From the IMG/VR virus record IMGVR_UViG_3300032243_000590, positions 1 to 25,370 of that record: 25,370 bases of DNA; one strand, given 5' to 3'. A program made the translations under genes and the position numbers. How positions within the stretch are numbered: position 1 is the first letter of the stretch; each line of letters begins with the position of its first letter. Positions 1-8,681 of this stretch are shown one piece after another. This DNA comes from a virus (lineage: Duplodnaviria > Caudoviricetes). The notes beneath the pieces are model-generated. The model saw nothing but the letters and a program-made list of their open reading frames with translations. It made no database searches and was not told the origin of the DNA.

Positions 1-16
1 ATAATACATGTGCATA

Positions 17-53
17 AGGCATATAAACATTTTAGGCATAACATAGGAGGCAT
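17..53 (+). promoter_or_regulatory. gp32 leader: three AGGCAT direct repeats and Shine-Dalgarno AGGAGG
   Basis: AGGCAT at 17-22, 34-39 and 48-53; AGGAGG at 45-50, 8 nt before the ATG at 59. Confidence 0.6.
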
Positions 54-58
54 TTAAA

Positions 59-1033
59 ATGGCTACATTAGCAGAAATTCGTGCGAAACTTCAAGAAGCA
101 CAAACAAAGTCCACAGGACAATCCACAGGCGGTGGAGACAACGCAATTTACCCACACTGGAATATGCAAGAAGGCAAAGAAGCCGTAGTACGTTTCTTAC
201 CAGATGGCAATTCAAATAACACATTCTTTTGGGTAGAACGTGCAATGATCAAATTACCTTTCGCAGGTATCAAAGGCGAAACAGATTCTAAACCAGTTCA
301 AGTACAAGTACCATGCATAGAAATGTACAATGATGGTTCTGTATGCCCAATCCTCAGCGAAGTACGTGGTTGGTTTAAAGATAAATCACTAGAAGAAATG
401 GGTCGTAAGTATTGGAAGAAACGTTCTTACATTTTCCAAGGCTTCATTGTTGAAGATCCGTTAAAAGAAGATAAGATTCCAGAAAATCCAATCCGTAGAT
501 TTATTATCGGTCCACAAATCTATCAAATTATTCGTAGTGCGTTGATGGATCCAGAGTTGGAAGAATTGCCAACTGACTATCTTAAGGGTGTTGACTTCCG
601 TATTGCTAAGACTAGCAAGGGCGGATTTGCTGATTACTCAACAAGCAAATGGTCACGTCGTGAACGTGCATTGAGTGATATTGAAACAGCAGCATTAGCA
701 GGTCATGAACTGTTTAATTTGTCAGACTTCCTTCCTAAGAAACCAACTGACGTTGATTTAAAAGTGATGAAAGAAATGTTTGAAGCTTCTGTAGATGGCG
801 AAGCATATGATCTCGAACGCTGGGGACAATATTTCAAACCAGCAGGTTTGGGTTCAGCAACAGGCGATCCACATCGTGCAACTGCTAACACAGCTACACC
901 AGCCGCTAAAGCCAGTGAAGACTATACAGACGACACACCAGTAGCAAGTGCTCCGGCAGCAGCCGCAGCGCCAGCAGGTGATAACAGTCGTGCGCAAGAT
1001 ATCCTTGCCATGATTCGTAACCGTCAGAAGTAA
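59..1033 (+). CDS. gp32: T4 gp32-like single-stranded DNA-binding protein
   Basis: AVVRFLP, CPI, KYWKKRSY and ADYSTSKW motifs; Ala/Pro-rich linker near the C-terminus; strong RBS; lies directly upstream of uvsX. Confidence 0.9.
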   Translation: MATLAEIRAKLQEAQTKSTGQSTGGGDNAIYPHWNMQEGKEAVVRFLPDGNSNNTFFWVERAMIKLPFAGIKGETDSKPVQVQVPCIEMYNDGSVCPILSEVRGWFKDKSLEEMGRKYWKKRSYIFQGFIVEDPLKEDKIPENPIRRFIIGPQIYQIIRSALMDPELEELPTDYLKGVDFRIAKTSKGGFADYSTSKWSRRERALSDIETAALAGHELFNLSDFLPKKPTDVDLKVMKEMFEASVDGEAYDLERWGQYFKPAGLGSATGDPHRATANTATPAAKASEDYTDDTPVASAPAAAAAPAGDNSRAQDILAMIRNRQK

Positions 1034-1044
1034 TTAGACTAAAC

Positions 1045-1076
1045 ATAGAGTGTGAGGCAACTCACACTCTATTTCT
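1045..1076 (+). terminator. 12-bp perfect hairpin with GCAA (GNRA) loop; probable weak intrinsic terminator or processing site
   Basis: ATAGAGTGTGAG-GCAA-CTCACACTCTAT followed by TTCT, between the gp32 stop and the uvsX start. Confidence 0.7.
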
Positions 1077-1093
1077 CAACAGGGCAAAATAAT

Positions 1094-2170
1094 ATGGCAA
1101 AAGCATTCGATATTTCTAAATTTAGAAAGTCAATTACTAAATCTATCGACGGATTAAGCATTGGCTTTAACGACCCAACCGATTGGGTTAGTACAAACAA
1201 CTATGCATTAAACTATCTCATAAGCGGATATTTCGATCGAGGTATTCCGTTAGGCAAGGTCACTGTGTTTGCTGGTGAAAGTGGTGCAGGTAAATCATTT
1301 ATCTGTTCGGGCAACTTGGTTAAGAATGCACAGGCACAAGGCATTTATCCCATCTTGATCGATACAGAAAATGCACTTGACGAAAAATGGTTACACGCTC
1401 TCGGTGTTGACACAAGTCCAGACAAGTTGTTAAAACTTAACATGGCCATGATCGATGACGTAGCAAAGACTATTACAGAGTTTATTGCAGAATACAAAAC
1501 AATGGACGAAACTGATCGTCCTAAGATATTGTTTATTATCGATAGCTTAGGCATGCTGCTGACTCCTACAGATGTTAATCAATTTCAAGCAGGTGATATG
1601 AAAGGTGATATGGGTCGTAAGCCTAAAGCACTGACAGCACTTGTCCGTAACTGTGTTAACATGTTCGGTAGCTATAATATTGGAATGGTATGTACCAATC
1701 ACACATATGCAAGTCAAGATATGTTTGATCCAGATGACAAAATTAGCGGCGGCCAAGGCTTTATCTATGCAAGTAGCATTGTGGTTGCTATGCGTAAATT
1801 AAAATTGAAACTCGATGCAGATGGCAATAAGACTACAACTGTGCAAGGTATTCGTGCAGCCTGTAAGATTATGAAAACTCGTTATGCAAAACCGTTTGAA
1901 AGTGTACAGGTTGAAATTCCTTACGAAACAGGTATGAGTCCATATAGTGGGTTGGTCGACTTGTTCGAAGCTAAAGGCATGCTCAAGAAAGAAGGTAACA
2001 GTCTAGTGTATACTACAGCAGACGGTGAGATTATCAAGCAGTTTCGCAAGGCATGGGAACGCAATGAGAAAGACGGTTTAGATATTGCAATGAAAGACAT
2101 TTCCAAACATGGAGAAAAACTGAGTTCTGAGATAACTAATAATGTTGAACCTCAAATGGAGAGCGAGTGA
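1094..2170 (+). CDS. uvsX: UvsX/RecA-like recombinase
   Basis: Walker A GESGAGKS, DTENA, Walker B IIDSLG, NHTY, SGG and KTR motifs; ATG at 1094 preferred over the GTG at 1052, which lies inside the hairpin. Confidence 0.93.
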   Translation: MAKAFDISKFRKSITKSIDGLSIGFNDPTDWVSTNNYALNYLISGYFDRGIPLGKVTVFAGESGAGKSFICSGNLVKNAQAQGIYPILIDTENALDEKWLHALGVDTSPDKLLKLNMAMIDDVAKTITEFIAEYKTMDETDRPKILFIIDSLGMLLTPTDVNQFQAGDMKGDMGRKPKALTALVRNCVNMFGSYNIGMVCTNHTYASQDMFDPDDKISGGQGFIYASSIVVAMRKLKLKLDADGNKTTTVQGIRAACKIMKTRYAKPFESVQVEIPYETGMSPYSGLVDLFEAKGMLKKEGNSLVYTTADGEIIKQFRKAWERNEKDGLDIAMKDISKHGEKLSSEITNNVEPQMESE

Positions 2171-2416
2171 ATGAAAGACGACCTTATTGCAGATCTTTGG
2201 ACACTAGTAGTAGAACATATTCCAGAAAAAAAACGCCAAGACGTAGCAGCCGACTTTGTTAACACCTTATTAGATTATGGTGTTAAAGAAAGTGTACTTA
2301 CTAGTCTAATGGGTGTGGATCCTTATCTAGATCAAGCCGTTGAATATTCAACCGACGGCGAAGAGTATAGTGAGGAAGAAGCAGAAGAAGATGAATATTA
2401 CGAAGATGAGGACTAA
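2171..2416 (+). CDS. hypothetical protein with highly acidic C-terminal tail
   Basis: 81-aa ORF abutting uvsX and overlapping the uvsY start; GGAG upstream; ends EEEAEEDEYYEDED. Confidence 0.8.
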   Translation: MKDDLIADLWTLVVEHIPEKKRQDVAADFVNTLLDYGVKESVLTSLMGVDPYLDQAVEYSTDGEEYSEEEAEEDEYYEDED

Positions 2417-2871
2417 TGAATTGGTACGATAAGGTTTCAAAGGATATTAGCAATATTCCCGATGCCGCAGCATATTATGAGAGCGAACTGATAGCAGCCA
2501 AAGCTGATACTCGAGTCTCTGGCAACTTAGAAAGAGCAGCCGCTAATATGCCTGGCATCGTAGAAAATCGTTTCAACCAACTTCAAGAAATTGAAGCAAT
2601 TCTAGAGTATCTCAATATAGAATTGCGTCGACTTCGTAGTCAGCACTTTCGTAAATATTTAGAAAACTATCAACGAGCCTTGTCTTCTAGAGACTGTGAA
2701 AAGTTTGTAGAAGGCGAAGCCGATGTTGTTGACTTTGAAAAAATTATAAATGAATTTGCCTTGCTACGTAATAAATGGTTGGGTATTATCAAAGCCCTTG
2801 ATATTAAACAATGGCAAGTGTCAAACATAGTTAAACTTAGAACAGCAGGATTAGAAGACGCAACACTATGA
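2416..2871 (+). CDS. uvsY: UvsY-like recombination mediator
   Basis: 151-aa helical protein; KFVEGEAD and IIKALDIKQWQVSNIVKLR resemble the UvsY C-terminal signature; context with gp32 and uvsX. Confidence 0.8.
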   Translation: MNWYDKVSKDISNIPDAAAYYESELIAAKADTRVSGNLERAAANMPGIVENRFNQLQEIEAILEYLNIELRRLRSQHFRKYLENYQRALSSRDCEKFVEGEADVVDFEKIINEFALLRNKWLGIIKALDIKQWQVSNIVKLRTAGLEDATL

Positions 2872-3836
2872 ATATCCTAGTAACCGGTGGCCTAGGACTT
2901 ATTGGCCACAATGTAGTTAGAAGACTACAGGATCAGGGGCATATTGTATCTATAGTAGATAATAAAACAAACTATGGCATCATTCCTCAAAAAGAAATCG
3001 ACCATTTGATTCGAGAACGTCTAAAAAAGATTATAGACACTAGCGGATTATATGATTGCGATATTTGCGATTCAACTAAATTAGAATTAGTCTTTAATCT
3101 CGAACAACCAGAAATAGTAATACACATGGCTAGCTTTCCGAGACAGAAGGTAGTTAATTCTAATCCAGCACTAGGCAGTCGTGTGATGAGCGAAGGATTA
3201 CTTAATTTATTAGAACTTAGTGACAAATACGAAGTACGCAAGTTTATCTATATTAGTAGTTCAATGGTATACGGTGACTTTGAAGATGATGTAAAGGAAG
3301 ACTATGACTGCAAACCACAAGGACAATATGGAATACTCAAACTCGCAGGAGAATGGCTTGTCAAAGACTATTCTCGCCGCACTAATCTTGCTTATACTAT
3401 TATGCGTCCTTCTGCTGTTTATGGTCCTCTCGACGTGGAAGACCGCGTCATCAGCAAGTTCATACTCAGAGCTATGCGCGGTGATACTCTTAAAGTCAAT
3501 GGAGCCGGAGAAACCCTTGACTTTACCTACGTTGACGACGCCGCAGACGGGATCGTTGCTGCCGCCCTCTCAGACAACACAGAAAACAAAACCTACAATA
3601 TAACAAAATCACACAGTCACACATTACTTGATGCAGCCAATCTAGCTGTAAAAGTAGCCGGCAACGGTTATATCGATATAGGCGAGCGTGATTTAGATTT
3701 TCCAAGAAGAGGTGCATTAAATATTGATGCAGCCAGGAAAGATTTTGGGTTTGATCCTAAGGTTGATGTTGAAGAAGGTTTTCAGATTTACTACGATTGG
3801 CTATCGACCTCAGAGTATTGGAATCCTATTCAATAA
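2868..3836 (+). CDS. NAD-dependent nucleotide-sugar epimerase/dehydratase (extended SDR, GalE/WcaG-like)
   Basis: TGGLGLIG Rossmann motif, SSSMVYG, catalytic YGILK (YxxxK), DFTYVDD; ATGA overlap with uvsY. Confidence 0.92.
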   Translation: MNILVTGGLGLIGHNVVRRLQDQGHIVSIVDNKTNYGIIPQKEIDHLIRERLKKIIDTSGLYDCDICDSTKLELVFNLEQPEIVIHMASFPRQKVVNSNPALGSRVMSEGLLNLLELSDKYEVRKFIYISSSMVYGDFEDDVKEDYDCKPQGQYGILKLAGEWLVKDYSRRTNLAYTIMRPSAVYGPLDVEDRVISKFILRAMRGDTLKVNGAGETLDFTYVDDAADGIVAAALSDNTENKTYNITKSHSHTLLDAANLAVKVAGNGYIDIGERDLDFPRRGALNIDAARKDFGFDPKVDVEEGFQIYYDWLSTSEYWNPIQ

Positions 3837-4680
3837 TTGGGTTATCCGGCATCTCAACTTCAGTTGGCCAACCTTGATAATGCACAGTCATTTCCTGCGC
3901 CTCGCCGGTTTCCCATTCAGGATATTTAAATTGTAACCAAGACACATGATGTGCCCATAACAATCTGTTTGCAGGTTCTGTAGGATCTTGCCAATTATCT
4001 AGAGTATTATCGCATGCTACCCATGTGGGGCATACTCCGAGACTAATAACTTTCTTGCCGTACCAGAATGCTTCTGCGGTTATTGCTGAACTATAACTAA
4101 CAACTAAATCAGCCCATTCAAATTCACCATCGGTACCAAATAGTCCAGTAACTCCTCGATCTAAATCACCAAAGTGTTGAGCACCCTTCTTGCCTGTTTT
4201 TGGACGAATACGAACATTGGCACCTTCCGATTCTAATCGTTTTCTGATTGGTTCAGCCCAATCAACACCATTCATTCCTTGCCAAAAGAGTATGCTTTTC
4301 TTTGGAGGGGCAACAAGAACATTGATAACCTTATTAACTTTCCATGGTTGTAGCTCTAAATTCATGTTTGACCAGCGATCGTGAGGCATTGGTCCTAATT
4401 TAGTATTGCCGTAGGAGTTGACAGTAACTCTGGCATATTCTCTATGTTTTGTAGCCCATTGACCGAGCATTTGGCGATTCATTACAAAGCATGGTCTTTT
4501 TAATCTCAACCATTCACGATGTTGTCTACTAACTAGGTTAGCTCCAAACACCATAGGAACTTCAGGATCTGCATCTTCCCAAGAATCGACTAGTGTAAAT
4601 TTATCTGCCCACCGTTTCCACCCATTAATGGTGCCTTCGTTGTGTTGGCCGTCATTAATTAGCTGTATAATCTTTTTCAT
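3826..4680 (-). CDS. putative GT-B glycosyltransferase, KpsS/KpsC (capsule synthesis)-like, paralog 1
   Basis: ADLVVSYSSAITAEAFWYGKKVI matches the GT-B C-terminal pattern; aligns by eye with 5484, 7743 and 14605. Confidence 0.6.
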   Translation of the reverse strand: MKKIIQLINDGQHNEGTINGWKRWADKFTLVDSWEDADPEVPMVFGANLVSRQHREWLRLKRPCFVMNRQMLGQWATKHREYARVTVNSYGNTKLGPMPHDRWSNMNLELQPWKVNKVINVLVAPPKKSILFWQGMNGVDWAEPIRKRLESEGANVRIRPKTGKKGAQHFGDLDRGVTGLFGTDGEFEWADLVVSYSSAITAEAFWYGKKVISLGVCPTWVACDNTLDNWQDPTEPANRLLWAHHVSWLQFKYPEWETGEAQEMTVHYQGWPTEVEMPDNPIIE

Positions 4681-4685
4681 ATTAA

Positions 4686-4714
4686 TATTTACCGATAATA
4701 TATGTACATAAATA
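4686..4714. promoter_or_regulatory. back-to-back T4-late-like TAAATA motifs
   Basis: TAAATA on - at 4686-4691 and on + at 4709-4714, each exactly 5 nt before an ATG (4680 on -, 4720 on +). Confidence 0.6.
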
Positions 4715-4719
4715 TCTGC

Positions 4720-5484
4720 ATGAAAAAGATTGTTTTAGTTACTGGCGGATTTGATCCGCTCCATTCCGGGCATATCGCTTACTTTAAAGCTGCAAAAGAA
4801 TTAGGAGATCAACTTGTAGTTGGCATTAATTCTGATGCTTGGTTAACACGTAAAAAAGGTTCTCCTTTTATGCCCTGGCTAGAACGTCAGCGCATTATTA
4901 AAGAATTAAAGATGGTTGACTATACTATTGAATTCAATGATGATGATAATAGTTCTAAATCAGCAATTAAGTTGGCTAGACAAACCTGGCCCGATTCACA
5001 AATTATTTTTGCCAACGGCGGCGATCGTACACACACAAATATTCCAGAAATGAATATCGAAGATGATAATGTAACCTTTGCATTTGGTGTTGGCGGATTT
5101 AATAAAGCTAATTCTAGCAGCTGGATTTTACAAGAATGGAAAGCTCCCAAGACCGAACGCCCATGGGGCTATTATCGTGTATTACATGAAGTTCCAGGTA
5201 TGAAGGTTAAAGAACTTACAGTTAATCCTGGACAAAAATTATCAATGCAACGACATAGTCATCGTGCAGAATATTGGATTGTTAGCGAAGGACAAGCTAA
5301 TGTTAACAGCATGATGGCAGGTGGTTATGCTTTACCGACTACTGAAATAGCATTGCATGAAGAATACAAAGTTCCGGTCGGCGAATGGCATCAGTTGACA
5401 AATCCCTATGATACCCCAGTTAAAATCGTTGAGATTCAATACGGTGAAAGCTGTGTTGAAGAAGACATTGAAAGGAAAAACTAA
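4720..5484 (+). CDS. HxGH nucleotidyltransferase (TagD/RfaE-II-like cytidylyltransferase family) fused to a mannose-6-phosphate-isomerase type II-like cupin
   Basis: GGFDPLHSGH, NSD, FANGGDR and NSSS in the N-domain; ERPWGYY, LSMQRHSHRAEYW, WHQLTN and EIQYGESCVEEDIER in the C-domain; start 4720 preferred over 4702. Confidence 0.88.
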   Translation: MKKIVLVTGGFDPLHSGHIAYFKAAKELGDQLVVGINSDAWLTRKKGSPFMPWLERQRIIKELKMVDYTIEFNDDDNSSKSAIKLARQTWPDSQIIFANGGDRTHTNIPEMNIEDDNVTFAFGVGGFNKANSSSWILQEWKAPKTERPWGYYRVLHEVPGMKVKELTVNPGQKLSMQRHSHRAEYWIVSEGQANVNSMMAGGYALPTTEIALHEEYKVPVGEWHQLTNPYDTPVKIVEIQYGESCVEEDIERKN

Positions 5485-6296
5485 TGCAATTAAATGATTG
5501 GATTTTTCTCAGCAAAGAAGGCAAAGACGAATACATTAATATGTTTGCCACCGGCTCCGGAGGCAGAGTAGTACCGTCACATGAATTTAATTATAATGAC
5601 AATCCCGAGCATCCTATTGTACTACGCGGTATTTTAAAATATAAAATTATGCAAAAGTGCTGGGAAGATCAAAGAGATTTTTATTATATGGATACCGGCT
5701 ATCTAGGAAATCATAAAAGTTCTTGGAATCCCATGGGCTGGAAATGGTTCCATAGAATAGTAAAAAATAATCTACAACACAATAAAATTGTTCCTAGACC
5801 CGGCGACCGTTTTGAACGATTAAGAATCCCTATTCAGCCAATGAAAAAAGATGGTAGAAAGATTTTGATTGCAAAGCCGGACGAAAAACCTTGTAAATTT
5901 TATGATATAGATCTAGAACGGTGGGTGTCAGATACTGTTCTTGAAATACAAAAATATACAGATAGACCAATCGAGGTACGAGACCGTGCAAAACATAGAA
6001 TTGATAGAGTCGAAAACGATACACTAAAAGATGCATTAGATAATGATGTATTTGCATTGGTAACTTTTAATAGTGTAGCGGCCACCGAATCTGTATTACA
6101 CGGAATACCGGCATTTACATTGGCACCATCGAATGCTGCGCATCCTGTATGTTTGCAAGATTTAAGTAAAATTGAAACGCCTTACTATCCTAGTAAAGAC
6201 GAAGTATATGCGTGGGCATCACACCTTGCCTATGGTCAATTCCATATTGATGAATTAAGAAACGGTGAAGCCTGGAGAATTTTAAATGAATTATGA
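5484..6296 (+). CDS. putative GT-B glycosyltransferase, KpsS/KpsC-like, paralog 2
   Basis: YMDTGY, KILIAKP, ALVTFNSVAATESVLHGIPAF and LAYGQFHIDELRNG. Confidence 0.65.
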   Translation: MQLNDWIFLSKEGKDEYINMFATGSGGRVVPSHEFNYNDNPEHPIVLRGILKYKIMQKCWEDQRDFYYMDTGYLGNHKSSWNPMGWKWFHRIVKNNLQHNKIVPRPGDRFERLRIPIQPMKKDGRKILIAKPDEKPCKFYDIDLERWVSDTVLEIQKYTDRPIEVRDRAKHRIDRVENDTLKDALDNDVFALVTFNSVAATESVLHGIPAFTLAPSNAAHPVCLQDLSKIETPYYPSKDEVYAWASHLAYGQFHIDELRNGEAWRILNEL

Positions 6297-7746
6297 TATG
6301 TTACCAATTTTTATTGGTTACGATGCTAGAGAAGATATTGCATATAAGGTATGTGAATATTCTATCTATAAACACACACCAGAGGCAGAAGTCAAACCCT
6401 TAAAACAAGATGCTCTACGTAGAGATGGTATGTATACTAGACCAGCAGATCCACTAAGTACAACCGAATTTACCTTTACTAGATTTTTAGTTCCAGCAAT
6501 TATGAATTATAACGGCTGGGCGTTATTCTGTGATTGTGATTTTGTATGGACTGACGATATTAGAGAATTGTTTAATCAGGTCAATGACAATTATGCTGTC
6601 ATGGTTGTTAAGCATGAACACAAGCCAACGAACACCGTTAAGATGGATGGAGCACAACAAACGCAGTATCCAAGAAAAAATTGGTCATCGATGATCATGT
6701 GGAATTGCGGGCACCCGTCTAATGCTGGACTAACTCCAGAAAAAGTAAATTCTGAATCCGGTCAATACCTACATAGATTCGAATGGCTCAAGGACGACGA
6801 AATTGGCGAATTGAATGTAAAATATAATTTCCTAGTCGGATGGAACAATGAAAAACAACACGGTAAGCCGGTAGCTTATCATTGGACTGAAGGCGGCCCG
6901 TGGTTTGAAAAATATCACGATTGCGAATACAAAGATGTTTGGTACAAGTATCTAATGGAGTTCGCACAAGAGTTAGCACTAAACAATAATCAAAGTCATA
7001 CAGCCATTACTTGGGTTACATCTTTATCAAGAGCCTATTACGATGAAATCGCTAATCTTACAATGAGTACTTGGGGAGACTTGCCAGGCGACCTAGTTAT
7101 TGTATGGGACGACAAACCAGTTGATTTGGGCTTTGGCAAGATTGCCAGCTTCTGGAAAGATGTGGTATCTGAAGCCGACCCGTGGATGAATGAAGGCATG
7201 GGCGGTACAAAGGCAGATCGATTCTGGAAAAAAAGTCGTGTACAAATTTGGGCAGCAAGGCGCTTTAAAGGACTTGTGATCTGGATCGATGCTGACATCA
7301 TGGTTACTAAACGTATTACCAAATCTAAAGCTATTGAAATGTTACACCCAAGAGAAAATGTTTGGGGAACATTAAACTGCGGTGATGATTTCCTCGGTAA
7401 GGATTTTATTGACACCGGATTAGTTGGGTTTAACACTAGACATGAAAATTTTGAAGAATTTATCAGAGACTATTCTCTAGTATGGTATGATGGTAGAATT
7501 TATCAATTGCCTCAACCATACGATCATTATGCTGTAACATCTATGCGCCACAAGTGGAAAATGAAATCATATGTTCCACATTTTAACACATGGCCATCTA
7601 TTCCATCAGATATTATTAATAGATTTGCTATGGAAAATAGTTATGTTAAAGAATATTTTACACATTATCTAGGTATTGACAAAAAGAATTTATTAAACGA
7701 GCAAGCTGGCAACACTGACAAAGTTAAAAAGAAAAAAGAAAAATGA
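6286..7746 (+). CDS. two-domain GT-A glycosyltransferase (N: GT8-related/CDI-like; C: DxD domain paralogous to 12373..13188)
   Basis: IFIGYD, STTEFTFTRFLVP, FCDCDF, YPRKNWSS and HWTEGGPW, then RFWKK...WIDADI, DTGLVGFN and HYLG. Confidence 0.8.
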   Translation: MNYDMLPIFIGYDAREDIAYKVCEYSIYKHTPEAEVKPLKQDALRRDGMYTRPADPLSTTEFTFTRFLVPAIMNYNGWALFCDCDFVWTDDIRELFNQVNDNYAVMVVKHEHKPTNTVKMDGAQQTQYPRKNWSSMIMWNCGHPSNAGLTPEKVNSESGQYLHRFEWLKDDEIGELNVKYNFLVGWNNEKQHGKPVAYHWTEGGPWFEKYHDCEYKDVWYKYLMEFAQELALNNNQSHTAITWVTSLSRAYYDEIANLTMSTWGDLPGDLVIVWDDKPVDLGFGKIASFWKDVVSEADPWMNEGMGGTKADRFWKKSRVQIWAARRFKGLVIWIDADIMVTKRITKSKAIEMLHPRENVWGTLNCGDDFLGKDFIDTGLVGFNTRHENFEEFIRDYSLVWYDGRIYQLPQPYDHYAVTSMRHKWKMKSYVPHFNTWPSIPSDIINRFAMENSYVKEYFTHYLGIDKKNLLNEQAGNTDKVKKKKEK

Positions 7747-8681
7747 AAGTTGTTGCCTATCTAAATTGTCTTCCACCAAATAATAAAAATATTGAAAAAG
7801 GAGAAATCCTCGCTCGGTATGCCGGCGGAGTTAGAAGATCAAACGATGAAACAATATTACATTCATCGAATGAACTAATTCCAGCTGATGTTGCATTATT
7901 GGTTGGTTGGGTGCATGAAGATTCAAAATTTTCCTCTCATTTAAACCTACGTCGTAGTGTTATTGAATTTCAGAAGCAACAAGGCAAACATACCCTGTTG
8001 GCGGATAGTAATTTGTTTTTATACAAAAATAAAGAAAACCCAGGTCATTATCTAAGATACAGTTTCAACGGAGTCTTTCCAAACACCGGCAATTATTGCG
8101 ATACAATTATTGATCCTGCACGATGGACAAAACTTTCTAATGAGTTGAATGTTGGCTTAAAAGACTATCGTACTAATGGCAATCATATTCTATTATGCTT
8201 ACAGCGTAACGGTGGATGGAGTATGGGCGGGCATAATGTTATAGATTGGGCTGCGTCAACAATAACAAAACTTAGACAGTATACTGATAGAGAGATAGTC
8301 GTCAGAGGACATCCTGGAGACAAGGGAACCAAAGATTATCTTCACCCAAAGACATTTATGAAGCGAGTCGGACATTTAAAAAATATTCGACTATCCGATG
8401 AAGGTGTTGATCTATTACACGATTTAGAAAATTGTTGGGCAGTTGTTAATCATAACTCAAGCCCAACTGTTGGAGCGGCCATTGAAGGATATCCAATTTT
8501 TGTTACCGATCCGTACAGAAGCCAATGCGCTGATATTGCCAATGTCAACTTAGAAGATATCGAAGTTCCACGTCTGCCTGAAAGACAAGACTGGGCTAAT
8601 AGACTAGCAATGTTTCATTGGAACTTTGAGGAAATCTCCAGCGGAGAATGCTGGAGACATATGAGACAGTTTATTCAGTAA
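7743..8681 (+). CDS. putative GT-B glycosyltransferase, KpsS/KpsC-like, paralog 3
   Basis: ILLCLQ, IVVRGHPG (HP motif) and AVVNHNSSPTVGAAIEGYPIF. Confidence 0.68.
   Translation: MKVVAYLNCLPPNNKNIEKGEILARYAGGVRRSNDETILHSSNELIPADVALLVGWVHEDSKFSSHLNLRRSVIEFQKQQGKHTLLADSNLFLYKNKENPGHYLRYSFNGVFPNTGNYCDTIIDPARWTKLSNELNVGLKDYRTNGNHILLCLQRNGGWSMGGHNVIDWAASTITKLRQYTDREIVVRGHPGDKGTKDYLHPKTFMKRVGHLKNIRLSDEGVDLLHDLENCWAVVNHNSSPTVGAAIEGYPIFVTDPYRSQCADIANVNLEDIEVPRLPERQDWANRLAMFHWNFEEISSGECWRHMRQFIQ

Noticed and set aside
880-980. GCA/CCA-rich quasi-repeats near the gp32 3' end
   Set aside because: They simply encode the Ala/Pro linker and are not a DNA-level repeat array.
3370-3600. Locally GC-richer stretch in the epimerase (hand count 28/60 on line 3481)
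   Set aside because: It is short and coincides with Ala/Gly/Asp/Arg-rich conserved motifs; there is not enough evidence for a recombination patch.
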